Virus record (IMG/VR): IMGVR_UViG_3300047499_000102
Span: 1-64,000 of that record
Strand: one strand, 5' to 3'
Length of the DNA stretch: 64,000 nt
From: a virus
This document shows, one piece after another, positions 1-10,483 of this stretch. How positions within the stretch are numbered: position 1 is the stretch's first letter; each line of letters starts with the position of its first letter. The translations under genes and the position numbers were made by a program. The notes under the pieces are model-generated. The model worked only from the letters and a program-made list of their open reading frames with translations, did not search any database and was not told the DNA's origin.

Positions 1-396
1 TGATCGACTGCCCGCCGCGCATGGGGGCCGAGACACGCGCCGCGATGCTCGCCTCCGACCTGGTGATCATGCCCGTCATCCCCGGAGCGGCGGACGTATG
101 GGCGCTCCAAGAGACGATCGCCGTCCTCGACGAGGCAAAGCAGTACCGCGAGGAGCTCCGCGCCGTGATCGTGCTCAACCGCGCCGATCGGACCACGCTC
201 GCGAAGCTCGCCCTGGAAGCGCTCGGGGAGCTCGACGTGCGCGTGCTGGACGAAGTGATCAAGAACCGCGTTGCGTACGGCGAAGCGACGCTCGCCGGGC
301 TCGGGGTCGTGGACTACGCGCCCGAGAGCGACGCGGCGGCTCGAGGTGAAGCGATTTGCAAAGGCGGTCCTGGCCGCCGTGAGGAAAGCTGCATGA
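1..396 (+). pseudogene. parA: ParA/Soj partition ATPase, 5'-truncated by the window, with a frameshift near 338
   Basis: IDCPP at nt 3-17, DLVIMPVIP..DVWA, VIVLNR, RVAYGEA..G.GV. The canonical C-terminal helix (LEVKRFAKAVLAAVRKAA*) lies in another frame and ends at TGA 394-396. Confidence 0.8.
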
Positions 397-555
397 TGGC
401 CGACAAGGGAAAGAAGCTCGCCGGGGGGTTCACGTTGCCCAAGGCTCCGGCCCGGACGCCGGTGAAGGACCAGGCGGCGACGAAGTTCGTGAAGGCCGAG
501 CGGAAGCCATCGCGCGCGTCTCGGCTGCGCCGTGAGATCAGCGGAGAACGCCTTT
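396..555 (+). pseudogene. N-terminal part of a ParA partner (type Ib centromere-binding protein-like), apparently fused to unrelated sequence
   Basis: ATG overlaps the restored parA stop; Lys/Pro-rich flexible N-terminus; sequence character changes after ISGERL. Confidence 0.4.
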
Positions 556-739
556 TCATCCCCGCCCAGCACCACGCCGCTGCCCGCATCTGGCTCGCCG
601 GATGGTCCCGAGGCACCGCCGATGGCGTCGACTCTTTCCAGCGCCGCCCGCGCCGCCCGACCACGCGCGAGTTCGTGGTCGCCGAGGCTCTCATCGAGAG
701 CCTGCCTGCGTTCATCGCGCGCACGGCTGGGGGTGCGTC

Positions 740-2715
740 GTGACCGCCACCGACACGGGCGACACGTTCGAGCCGCGCGTCCCGCATCACGTGGGAGGCG
801 ACGACGTGAAGACCTTCTGCAACGATGGCGCGACGCACGAGCCGTTCACGCTCGCCGAGTTGCGCGAGCACAACGCCGAAGACGAGGAGCTTCCCACGTG
901 GGAGCGCGACCTCGACCAGCTGCCCGTGGGTGGCACGTACCACATCGGAATCGGCGGGGGCTGGACCGGGGTCGAGTCGTGAGCGCGTACAATCGGGACG
1001 AGCATCGCATCGACGTGCTACGAGAGGTCGCCCGCCTGCTCGGGTACGAGGGCAAAGTGATCGCCTTCTGGCCATGCTCGACATGGGACCCGGACTTCGT
1101 CGCCTGCCTGCGCGAGCACTACACGCAGCCGCGGGGCGCCGCCGGGGAAGAAGCGCGCGTGGCGCGTCATCGATCACGGCGTGCACCGCGGCTACGAATG
1201 GGCGAACCTCACCGGCCGATACGATGACGTAATGGACTACTTTGCGCGTCTTGCCACAAGCGATTCCGACGACGAGTCGATCGACGAGGCCGAGCTCTGC
1301 TCGACGATCGGAAACGACGTGTGGAACGACTGGTGCGCGGGCGAGCGTGCGCCGGAGGCGGCATGATGTACCGTGTGAAGAGCTTCGAGACTGGGGAGAT
1401 CCTCGAGGGGCCGCCGAGCCTCGATCTGATCGACGCGTGCAAGCGACGCGCGCAGCCCGCCTATCGCGACGGGGGCGGGGTGTGGCAGCACGTGCCTCCC
1501 GAGCAGCAGCAGCGCGAGATGGAGGCGGGGCGCGACGTGATGCCCGTCGAGATCGTCGAGGTGGGCACGTGAACCGCGTCGAGAAGCAGATCGCCGCCCT
1601 CGCCCTCGTGGCGCGGCCCGTGCTCGAGGGCATCGGCTACCAGTCCAACTGCTGCGTCCTCGCCTCGCGCGCCGCGCTCGACGTCCTCAAGGGGTGGGAC
1701 ATCAAGGCGCGCCCGCTGCTCTGCGAGGTCGTCGCCGCGAACTTCGCATTCCGCTCGGGCGGCCGCGATCCCGTCACCGCCTACGTCGTGCAGTGCGACG
1801 CGGGGATCGACATCAAGCCGGGCGAACGCGAGATGCGCGAGAAGGCCGGGGGGCTCAACGGCCACGTGGTGCTCGCGGCGAAGGTCGGGCGCCGCCACAT
1901 GCTGCTCGACATGAGCGCGTGGGGCTTCTCGCGGCCTACGCGCGACATCCACATCCCCTCGGGGGTCGTGTTCGACAGCCGCGGGCCGATCATCACACCG
2001 AAGTGGCAACTCTCTGTCGATCTCAAGGGCATGGGCTGCATGTTGTATCGCAGTCACCCCGCGCCCGAGCGCGAGCGCTTCCAGTCGGCCAGCGACTGGA
2101 CGCTGCCTACCGACAAGCATCAGGAGATGCATCGCGGCACCGTCGCGGCGCTGAGGCAGTACGCCGAGGAGACGGTCAAGGTCGCGGTGTTCGAATGAGC
2201 GCCAAGTCCGACGAGCGATGGTTCGCGCAGCGCTTCCCGAGCGGAGGCGCGCGCGAGGCGGCCGACCGCGCCGTCGACGCGATCGACGTGCGGGAGCCGA
2301 TGGCGACGTTCATCGACGCGTGGGTGCGCGCATACAAGGCCGCCGGGGGCATCGTGCTCGGGTGGCGCGAATGACCGCCGCCGAGACGCGGGCCGAGCTT
2401 CTGCGGCTGCTCGGGGGCACCGAGGTGTGCGTGAGCGGCTCGGTCGTCTATCGAGTCATCGAGGTGTTCCACGGGGCCACGCGTCTGCGGCGCATGGTCG
2501 GCCTCGTGGGCACCGAGAAGGAAGCCCTCACCTTCGTGCTCGACCAGTTGCGGCGCGCGCGCGGGCTGGAGCGGACGCAGTCGCCCTGGTGCTACGCCTG
2601 CCCGAAGCGCCGCGGCGTGCAGCGTCACCGGTCCGTGCGCGATGGGCTCTGCGCGCTGCACATCGCGCGCCGCGATCGCGCCCGCCGCGAGGCCTCGGCG
2701 AGGGCGTCGTCGTGA
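740..2715 (+). CDS. Run of small, translationally coupled early phage genes (740-982, 979-~1366 with a frame break, 1363-1572, 1569-2198, 2195-2374, 2371-2715)
   Basis: ATGA/GTGA overlaps and high GC3 codon usage; no recognisable family. Confidence 0.6.
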
Positions 2716-2962
2716 TCGCGCAGACCGCCTTCGGCTTCGCGGCCCCGCCCGCACCCGCCACGCTGCCCCCGCGCGCGCCGCGCCGCGTGCCCATGTTCTT
2801 CATGGGCACGCACATGCCGTCGTGGCTCGCGAAGCTGGACGTGCCGCTCTTCGTCTCGCGACGTCGGCTCTTCGAGATGAAGACGTTGCCGCGCGCGAAG
2901 GGGATCTGGGCGCTCGACTCGGGCGCGTTCACCGAGTTGCTGGCCTACCGCGGCTGGAGCTT
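2712..2962 (+). pseudogene. N-terminal fragment of a DpdA/TGT-like DNA 7-deazaguanine insertase
   Basis: FFMGTHMPSWL..LDVPLFVSRRRL...LPRA...WALDSGAFTEL..YRGW, then an abrupt loss of homology. Confidence 0.7.
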
Positions 2963-3134
2963 CGGTGCGACCAGGGGCACCAGCTCCCGACCGTTCCCGA
3001 GCCGTTCGCCTCGCGCTGCGCGCTTGCCCTGGCTTTTCCGGGGAACCGCCACGATCGCGCGGGAGTGCGACATGGACACGCACCCGAGCACTGAACATAG
3101 GAATGGAAAAGCCCATCGACAGCAGGCAAAGATA

Positions 3135-3170
3135 TTGCGCCCCGGGTGGGGTGCGTTATTGTGTATCTCG
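3135..3170 (+). promoter_or_regulatory. Putative sigma70-like early promoter
   Basis: TTGCGC...TATTGT..TATCTC just before ATG 3173; a similar TTGCGC...TATCTC occurs at 26905-26938. Confidence 0.45.
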
Positions 3171-3172
3171 TG

Positions 3173-3370
3173 ATGACGACCACGACGAATCGCGCGACGC
3201 TCGAAGCGAAGCTCGCGAAGAAGTGCGCGAAGCTGTACGACGCGCGCACGTCGCAAGCGACTCGCCGCGCGCTGTCGCTCGAAGTCTCTTTCCTGCGCGC
3301 TCGCCTCTCGGGGCAGCGCGACATGCTCGACACGATGACGCGCGCGAGCGCAAACACTGAGGAGTGCTGA
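3173..3370 (+). CDS. Small hypothetical protein
   Basis: ORF directly after the promoter-like motif. Confidence 0.55.
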   Translation: MTTTTNRATLEAKLAKKCAKLYDARTSQATRRALSLEVSFLRARLSGQRDMLDTMTRASANTEEC

Positions 3371-3585
3371 CCATGATCTCGATGACCGCCGAGAAGCTTG
3401 CCAAGAGCCTGTTCGCTGATGACATGGGCCGCGCCGATGAGCTCCCCGTCGAGCGCGACGGGGAGCGGGCCTATGATGGCTGGGTCCGAGCCGCTGGTGA
3501 GGCGGGCGACAGGGAGACGGCGACGGCCCTGGCGGGTGTCGATCGCTCCGAGTTCGCCGCCGCGTGGGATGCGCTCGTCGAGGTG

Positions 3586-3630
3586 CACTGCACTGAGGCA
3601 CTACGGAGTTTCCGAGGGCGCTGAGTGGCT
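3586..3630 (-). pseudogene. Motif X snippet of a C5 cytosine methyltransferase
   Basis: LSALGNSVVPQC matches the typical R-L-x-A-L-G-N-A-V-V-P-Q C-terminal motif. Confidence 0.55.
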
Positions 3631-3781
3631 CGGCATCGCGCGCGGTATCAGCGTCGTCTGCCCCGTACGCCTCGACGGTGTGACCGGGGTACCACTGCGT
3701 GAGCCGCGCCTCGACGAGCGCGCAGAATGACTCCCGGTCCTCCTGGGTGGGCTCGCCGTCGCCCCAGCCCTGCAGCGTACC

Positions 3782-3983
3782 ACCCGCAAGCGCTTCGCCG
3801 GGCGCCTGGAGGATCGCGGCGTGTTCCTGCGACGGCGCTTTTGCGATCGGACCTGCTCCAGCCTCGGCAACAACGCGCCTGAGAACGTCGAGACTCTCTG
3901 CAACTCGTGCCATCAGCAGTGGTGGCACTGGGACCACGGAACCCGCCGGCTGCGCCGGCGCCACACATCGAAAGGAATCTGAC
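3782..3983 (+). pseudogene. HNH endonuclease remnant with an internal deletion
   Basis: Frame not in the ORF track: TRKRFAGRLEDRGVFLRRRFCDRTCSSLGN|NAPENVETLCNSCH..WH; the HH-x-D catalytic segment is absent. Confidence 0.6.
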
Positions 3984-3984
3984 C

Positions 3985-4206
3985 ATGCCCCGACCGAGCA
4001 CCGACTCCGAGCAGCTGAACGTGCGCCTCCCTCGCGAGGCCATCGCGCAGGCCGACGATCTGATCCCGCACGCGGGCCAGATGATGGGGCTCATCAAGCC
4101 CACGCGGGCCGACGTGCTGCGCAGCGCCATCATGCGCGGGTTGCGCGAGATGCAGCTGGAGCGCGCCGCGGCGGCAGGGGGACGGCGCCGAAAGACCGGA
4201 TCTTGA
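3985..4206 (+). CDS. Ribbon-helix-helix DNA-binding protein
   Basis: QLNVRLPREAIAQAD...TRADVLRSAI; RBS AAGGA upstream. Confidence 0.7.
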   Translation: MPRPSTDSEQLNVRLPREAIAQADDLIPHAGQMMGLIKPTRADVLRSAIMRGLREMQLERAAAAGGRRRKTGS

Positions 4207-4370
4207 GACCGGGGCCGATCGGGTATGGCTGCTTCCGCGTGCCGGCGCCCTTCGGGGATCGCGCGGCCGGCGCGCTGCATCTCTGGCGCGTGAACGTCGC
4301 GTGGCAGGTGATGCGCGGCTGGTACGACGAAGGGTGGCTCTCGCTCGCCACCGTGATGAGGGTCGCCTGA

Positions 4371-4781
4371 ATGCCGATCGTCGTTCTCGTCTGCCCTCGA
4401 GGCCACTGGTTCGAATCCGTCGGATCCGTCGGTGGTCGCCACCCGTCCACGGGTCGCGTCGTCGTGACGAACGCCGCCAACCGTCGCATCCTCGCCGCGA
4501 TCGCGAGCGCCAACGCCACCGAGCAGCCGGTCAAGATGGGGGTGTCCGTCGAGGACGCCTCTCGCTACGGTTGGCCGGGCGAGAAACTCTTGCCGAAGTC
4601 GGTCAGCGATCGCGTGTTCACGGCGATCTCGAACCTGCGCAAGCTCGGGCTCCGAGGCGTGCTGACGCGCCGCGAGGACGGCTACGTGCTCGAGGCCGAT
4701 CGCGTCACGCTGGACTCGTGCTGCGCCGAGCTCGGGCCTCACGATCGGTGCCCCCTGGTGCCGCGCGAGGACGAGCCGTGA
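4371..4781 (+). CDS. Stand-alone winged-helix domain of the myxobacterial regulator type
   Basis: RRILAAI...GWPGEKLLPKSVSDRVFTAISNLRKLGLRGVL.RREDGYVL. Confidence 0.65.
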   Translation: MPIVVLVCPRGHWFESVGSVGGRHPSTGRVVVTNAANRRILAAIASANATEQPVKMGVSVEDASRYGWPGEKLLPKSVSDRVFTAISNLRKLGLRGVLTRREDGYVLEADRVTLDSCCAELGPHDRCPLVPREDEP

Positions 4782-5047
4782 CGGGGCGTCCACGCCTGAA
4801 GCCCACGCGACCGCGCCCCGCCACGAAGCCGACGAGTGCCACCGAGAAGCGCAGCGCCGAGGCGGTGCGTCGCCTTCAGGGGCTGGAGAAGGGGCAGGAT
4901 CGTCCGCGCGTCTGCAACGCGAAGGGCTGCCAGCACGTCGAGGACCTGCGCCTGGGGCCCTTCAAGAGCCCCGCGGGGGTCGACTGTCGGCGCTGCGGAA
5001 CGCGCGTCACCGAAGGCGTGGTCGTGCTGGTCGGCTTTCGGCGCTGA
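4778..5047 (+). CDS. Small Zn-ribbon protein
   Basis: CxxxxC...CxxC. Confidence 0.5.
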   Translation: MTGRPRLKPTRPRPATKPTSATEKRSAEAVRRLQGLEKGQDRPRVCNAKGCQHVEDLRLGPFKSPAGVDCRRCGTRVTEGVVVLVGFRR

Positions 5048-5765
5048 GGCGACGACGACGCCCTGGGCGGGCCCTCAGCGGGCGACGCTCGCGCGGGGCC
5101 CCTCTGGCGCGGGCGAGCCACGGCGGCCGCCGCGCGGGCAGCTGGGGACGGCGCGCGCGGGTCGGGCGTGGCCATGCAGGCACCTGCTCCCGCAGTCGCC
5201 GCTGGAAGTTGAGACGGGGATCTCCAACCGCGTCTCGGTGTAGGCACGCGTCTCGCGCATGACGAGCCGCAACTCGCCCTCGCGAGAGTCGCCAATCACG
5301 ATGACGCGAGGCTCTCCGCGGATGCGCGCGAGTCGCTGGATGCCGTCCGCCAACTTCGCGAGGTCCGGCATGGACAGCACGCGATCGAGCTTCGCCACGA
5401 AGTCGACGGTGAGGGTCCGTCGCAACTCGTCGAGGATGTCCTCTCTCGTCCTCGGGTCCGCCATGCCCATTGTGGCCGAGCCTACCACTGGGGGGCGCGC
5501 AGGTGCCGACGTCGCACGACGTAGACGCGTCCGAGCCAGAGGCGCCGCCGACGCACGGCACGCACGCGTCGCCACGCGCGCTTCAAGACGAAGAAGGGCT
5601 CGGCCTTCGCCGGATCGCCCACGAGCCATCCGCCCGCGTCGAGGTACTGCCCGGAGACCCTTCACGAGCCAGAGGAGCCCCGGCCGCATGTCGTGCGCGA
5701 CCGGCAGCTGGCCGAGCGTGAAGGGCTCCGTCGGTCGCCTAGCGCGCTTGCCCATCCCGAAATGA

Positions 5766-5806
5766 GTAACGCCGCAGAGAGGGAATCAAGCCCTCTGCGG
5801 CGTCAC
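5766..5806. promoter_or_regulatory. Intergenic inverted repeat with 14-bp arms (operator or terminator)
   Basis: GTAACGCCGCAGAG...CTCTGCGGCGTCAC. Confidence 0.45.
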
Positions 5807-6127
5807 AAGGAGCGAACGTGCTGACGTGTGCGGAACGAGGAGGAGAACGACGTGACGGACAACGAAGGGCGGCGGCGAGGTGTCGGAGCTAGCCGGCGGG
5901 TAGCCACGCTGGGCGCCGTCGTCCCAGGCTGCCGCGCGAGCATAGCGCCGCAGCGGTTCCCGCCAAGCGAAGATGGCGCCGCTGTTGGCCGTGATGATGG
6001 GCCACGAGAAGCGCCTCCCGAGCCCGGCCTCGAGGGCGGCGAACGTGGTCATGTCCTCGCGACTCGGCCAGGGCATGCAGCGTGCCATCCCTCGCCCACA
6101 CCGTGATTGCGGTGTTGTAGTCGACCT

Positions 6128-6364
6128 TCACGGCTTCGCCTTCCTCGCCTTCCTCGCCTTGTACCGCACGGGCCGCAGCGCGCGCGCATCGAAGCTGCCG
6201 CTCTGCAAAACACCCTCGCTCGTGAACCACTTCACGTGCACGGTGCCAACCTTGAACGCGTCGTGGTTGTTGCCCGTGTGCGAAATCGTCATGTTCGGCC
6301 CGCCCGACCGCAGACGTACGATCTTGCCGGGCATGAAGTCTTCCGGGCGCTGCTCGTCGGTCAT
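6128..6364 (-). CDS. YodC/DUF2158 family protein
   Basis: GKIVRLRSGGPNMTI...VHVKWF....LQSGSF. Confidence 0.75.
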   Translation of the reverse strand: MTDEQRPEDFMPGKIVRLRSGGPNMTISHTGNNHDAFKVGTVHVKWFTSEGVLQSGSFDARALRPVRYKARKARKAKP

Positions 6365-7371
6365 AGCGGTGTGTCCTCGTCCCAGTCGTCCCGCGCTGCG
6401 TTCGCCGCAGCGTACGCGCCTCGCGGCTCCACGGGGCGGTAGACGTGCAAGCGTCCCGTGCGCATCGCCTCGCGGATGACGCTCGGCAGGCTCTCCAGGG
6501 ACAGCAACTGGTCGTCCCGGCGACCCGTCGCGTGGTCCTGCAGACATATGCCGCTGTCGATCACGGCGAGAGTGAGCGCGTGGCACACGCATTCGAAGCG
6601 CCGCCCCTCGGTGCGGAAGCGCACGACCTTCTCGGTGGGCCGCGCCCCTGGCTGGCTGTCGAGCAACTCGGCGCCGCCCGTCGACAGCGCCGCCCGAGCT
6701 GCGCGCTCGAAGTCCACGGTAGCCAACTGCCGCCGGCCCACGGCGCTGACGCCGGCGCGGTCGAGTTCCCGCAGCCGATCGAGGCGCTCGCTCTCGGCAC
6801 GGGCGCGCTCGGCAACGTCGCGCTGCATCCAGAGCAGACGGAAGCCCCAGTCGAGGGCGGGCGTCACCCCGGGGATGCCCGCGATGGAACGCTCTCCGTT
6901 CTCCCACGCGCGCAGCACGCCCTCGGCCGCGTCCTCTGGCATGGCCATCTCGACGTACACGAGCGGCCCCCCCTCGAACGGGCGTCCTGCGATCACGGAC
7001 TGGAAGCGATCGATGCCGGGGTCGAGCAGATGGATCGGCTCGGCCCTCTGCAGCAACTCCGCCTCGACGCGACCGAGATCGTCCGGCCCGCGGACGCCGC
7101 CGAGCCACCCGAAGGTGCCGTCGACGACGAAGCGATCCCCGATGGGGATGCCTCGCTGGCGTCCGAGTAGCGGCGGCAGCGGGTGAGTCGCCACGTGCGC
7201 CCACATCGCCACGCGCCCACGTACACAGAAGGACTGCCACCCGTGCTCCGGCGGCAGGCGGCCCTCGATCGTCCAGCGCCTCGGCCCCATACGGAGCTCG
7301 CGGCCACCGAGCCATGGGGCCACGACGGTCTCGATCTTGTTCTGGCTCTGCAGGAGGTCGCGCCAGCCCAT
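6361..7371 (-). CDS. Conserved phage protein of unknown function (C-terminal VIDSGICL...LSLESLPSVIREA)
   Basis: 336-aa ORF with an RBS and good codon bias. Confidence 0.7.
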   Translation of the reverse strand: MGWRDLLQSQNKIETVVAPWLGGRELRMGPRRWTIEGRLPPEHGWQSFCVRGRVAMWAHVATHPLPPLLGRQRGIPIGDRFVVDGTFGWLGGVRGPDDLGRVEAELLQRAEPIHLLDPGIDRFQSVIAGRPFEGGPLVYVEMAMPEDAAEGVLRAWENGERSIAGIPGVTPALDWGFRLLWMQRDVAERARAESERLDRLRELDRAGVSAVGRRQLATVDFERAARAALSTGGAELLDSQPGARPTEKVVRFRTEGRRFECVCHALTLAVIDSGICLQDHATGRRDDQLLSLESLPSVIREAMRTGRLHVYRPVEPRGAYAAANAARDDWDEDTPL

Positions 7372-7509
7372 CAGATCCTCACCCGCTGGCTGAGGCTCGT
7401 AGGCTGCAGGATGTCGACGCTCACGCTCTTGACCCTCCTCGGAACGCGCCCAGCCTGACCTGACCGGGCGCCACTGCAGAGAAGCACGAGCGCATGCGCT
7501 GCGCAAGCG

Positions 7510-10483
7510 TCAGCCGGGTTGATGCGGCGTTTGCAACGCGTCGTCGAAGTCGTCGACGGGCAGATCGGGCTCGCTGTCCGGTGCCGCCGCGGGCTCGACG
7601 ATCTCGATGACGATGCGTGCTATCACGTCCTTGCCCATGCGTCGTCGGAACGACGCCTCAAGGATCTCGCGTGTGCGGCCGATGCCATCGCCTACGCTCG
7701 TCGCGTCGATTACGTGGCGTTCGCTGATGTGCTCGAGCATCGGCACGCACCCGTCCTTCGCCGCCGGCATGCTGCCAGGGAACGGCGACTCTGGGTGCGG
7801 CACGATGATCTGCGGCGGCGCGGGCTCGAAGATGGCGTCGACCCCGCGCCCGCGCTCGCGACGGATGACCGGATAGGGCGGGTACGGGGGACCGTTCTTG
7901 TCGTCGCTCATGTCGTCGCTCCCTTCAGTTCGAAGACCTCGATCAGCAGCAGCCCCTCCTCCTTCGGCGCCTGCTGCCATCGCGCCTCGCGCTGCAGGAG
8001 CTTCACGGTGTCGCCAGCCAGGATGCCAGCCTGCACCATGCGATCGACGGGGACCTTGCCACCGAGCACGTCGACCCCCATCTCGTCTGGCTGCTTCGAG
8101 GAGCAGCGCGTGACGCGCACGGCGCGCGGACGCGGCTCATCTTGGATGACCGCGAGCGGCCATCGCTCGAGTGCCTTGAGCAGGTCCGCATCGAGCCACT
8201 CGCGGAGTTCCTGCTTCGCCCAGATGTTGAGATTGACCAACTCGTTCATCGTGGCCACCCGCTTCTTCCGCACCGCCTTGCCCTTGTTCTTGCCACGGGT
8301 CGGGAAGACCTCTTGGACGAGCGCGATGCGCCATTCGAAGACCTTCTCGCCCCACTCGGGGCCGTAGCTGGCGAAGACATGCGCCATGCGCTGGCGCAGA
8401 TCGACTAACTCGCGCTCCCCCATCTTGACGGGGGCGCCGTTGATGACGTTGTCCACGATGGTGATGAGCGTTCGCAGGTCGTGACGCTGGAGGTTCATTC
8501 GATCTGCCTCACGGAGATGCTGATGCAGATGCGCCGGTCGGAGCGTCGTCCTTCAGCGCCACGCGCGCGACCTTCTCGTAGACCTTCGGCCAGCTGGTCG
8601 CGAGCGAGCGCGTGGCCATGAACCAGCCGACGAAGACGTCGTGCTTGTCGCGGACCTTCTTCACGAGCGCCGACAACTCCCGCGTGGCGACTTCGTCTGG
8701 GAAGAGGGGCCCGTAGGCGGTGCCGTCCTTGCCGAGGGAGCGCTCGCGCACGCCGACGACAGCCACGACCACGAAGGCGTGGGCGTGTGGACTCACGTAT
8801 GCGGCCGCCACATGGTCGCACTTTGCGCACGCGCGGACCAGATCGGCGGTGAGCGCTTCGTTCACGACGCGCGCCTCACATTGGCCGCGAGCCGCTTGGC
8901 GTTGCGCGCAATCTTCTCCGGGGCGGCTGCGAGGTCCGAGATGAGGTCGGGGGCCTCGACGACGAGCGGGTCGCGCTTCTCGGCCGCCTCGTGCGACGCG
9001 AGCTTCTCGAAGGTGCCCGAGTGCTCCTCGAGGACGCGCTCCTTGGACGCCTCGAAGCGCGCCTTGCGCTCCTCCTCGGCCTCCTTCGCGATGCGCGGAT
9101 CGCCGGGCGGGTACTTCGGCTTCAGCGACAGCACCGCCGGCGGCGGCTCCTTCGCCCATCGCGCGAGCACGTGCGGCGGGACGTCGATGGTCCCGCTGCT
9201 GCCTCCCGCGCGCCCTTTGAACTTCGTCCCGCCCACGCCATGCTTTGCCATATCTTCCCACTTTCTGCCACGTGGTGGCGGAGTCGGTCCTATCGCTCGC
9301 CCTTGGGGATGGCGTGCTCGCGCTCGTAGTCGAGGACGTAGCCTTCGAGGTGTCGCACGGCCGGTGCGCTGGGCAACTCGGTGACGTCGTTTCCCGCTCG
9401 GCGTGACGCTTCCGCGCAGCTGTCGCAGAGCCTCACGTGGGTCATCTCCGCTGGCGTTGGCGTGGTCCTGCTGGCGCTCGGCGTGATGAGTATGGCGCTC
9501 GCCGAGTGTGTGGCCGGGTGCTGCTGCTGCTCGCGGCAGCCCTTCGCCTGGCACTGCGGCAGGTCGTCGATCATCGCCCGCAGCGTCTTGAAGCCGTAGG
9601 TCGTGCGCGCATGGATGGCCGCGATCTGCGCGGGGTCGAAGGTCACCACGACCTGCATGTCGAGCGGCACCTTGAGGTTGGCGAGCGCCATCGCGCGCCC
9701 ACCGGGCGGCGCGTCGTCGAGCGTGAGGTCCTGGGGCTCGGAGTGCTTCACGAGAGTTCCGTTGGCGTACAGCGAGACGGTGATGTCCTTGGCGTTCATG
9801 GTCTTCTCCTTCCAGCGTTCAGAGGTCCTGCGTCAATAGCTCGTCGAGGTTGTCGCGCGCTTCGTTCGCCTTCGCGGTGGCCGTCTCCTCGAGGCGCGTG
9901 GCGCGTTCGAGGTCGTTCTCGTGCCGCCCCTGGCCGCGCGTGCGGAAGCCGCGCAGCGTCTTGGCCTGCCTCTCGGCGTACGCCTCGGCGAGCAGCGCCT
10001 GCCGGTACTCGCCGAGCGCCTGCAGCACGTCGGCTGCGAAGTGCGGCACGTGCGGCCGCGTAAGGTTTCTCAGTCCCTGAGCCATCGCTACTTCTCTCCT
10101 TCGGGCGCCGGTGGGCGCGGTGGTGGTTCGTGACCGTGCGGGAACAGGCTGCGCTCGTCGTCTGCATCGGCGAACGTCGTGCGGGCGCAGTTGGTGCACT
10201 TGCAGTCGGGCGCGTGCTTGCCCGTCGACGTCGCCGCCGCGGGACCCGCTTCCTTCGGCGCGGTCGCGATCCGGCATGCGCGGCAGAGGGCCTGGCGGTA
10301 CACGCGCCCAGCGATCACGCGCTCCTCGACCTGGCAGACCTTCCAGTCCGGGTAGGTCTTCTTCCGCTCCGCGCACCTCGAGCAGTCCGGCAGCGGCGCC
10401 TTCTGCCGCGCGTCCGGCGGCGCATCGAGGATGGCTTTGATCTCCGCGAGGGCCTTCGCGGCGTGGTCTCGGTCGTCGGGCAT
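7510..10483 (-). CDS. Cluster of hypothetical genes (7510-7911, 7908-8498, 8509-8865, 8862-9251, 9290-9799, 9819-10085, 10088-10483), several with CxxC pairs
   Basis: Coupled ORFs with high GC3. Confidence 0.6.

Noticed and set aside
4405-4420. tRNA T-loop-like GGTTCGAATCC
   Set aside because: It lies inside a coding frame with no cloverleaf around it; no tRNA was recognised in the window.
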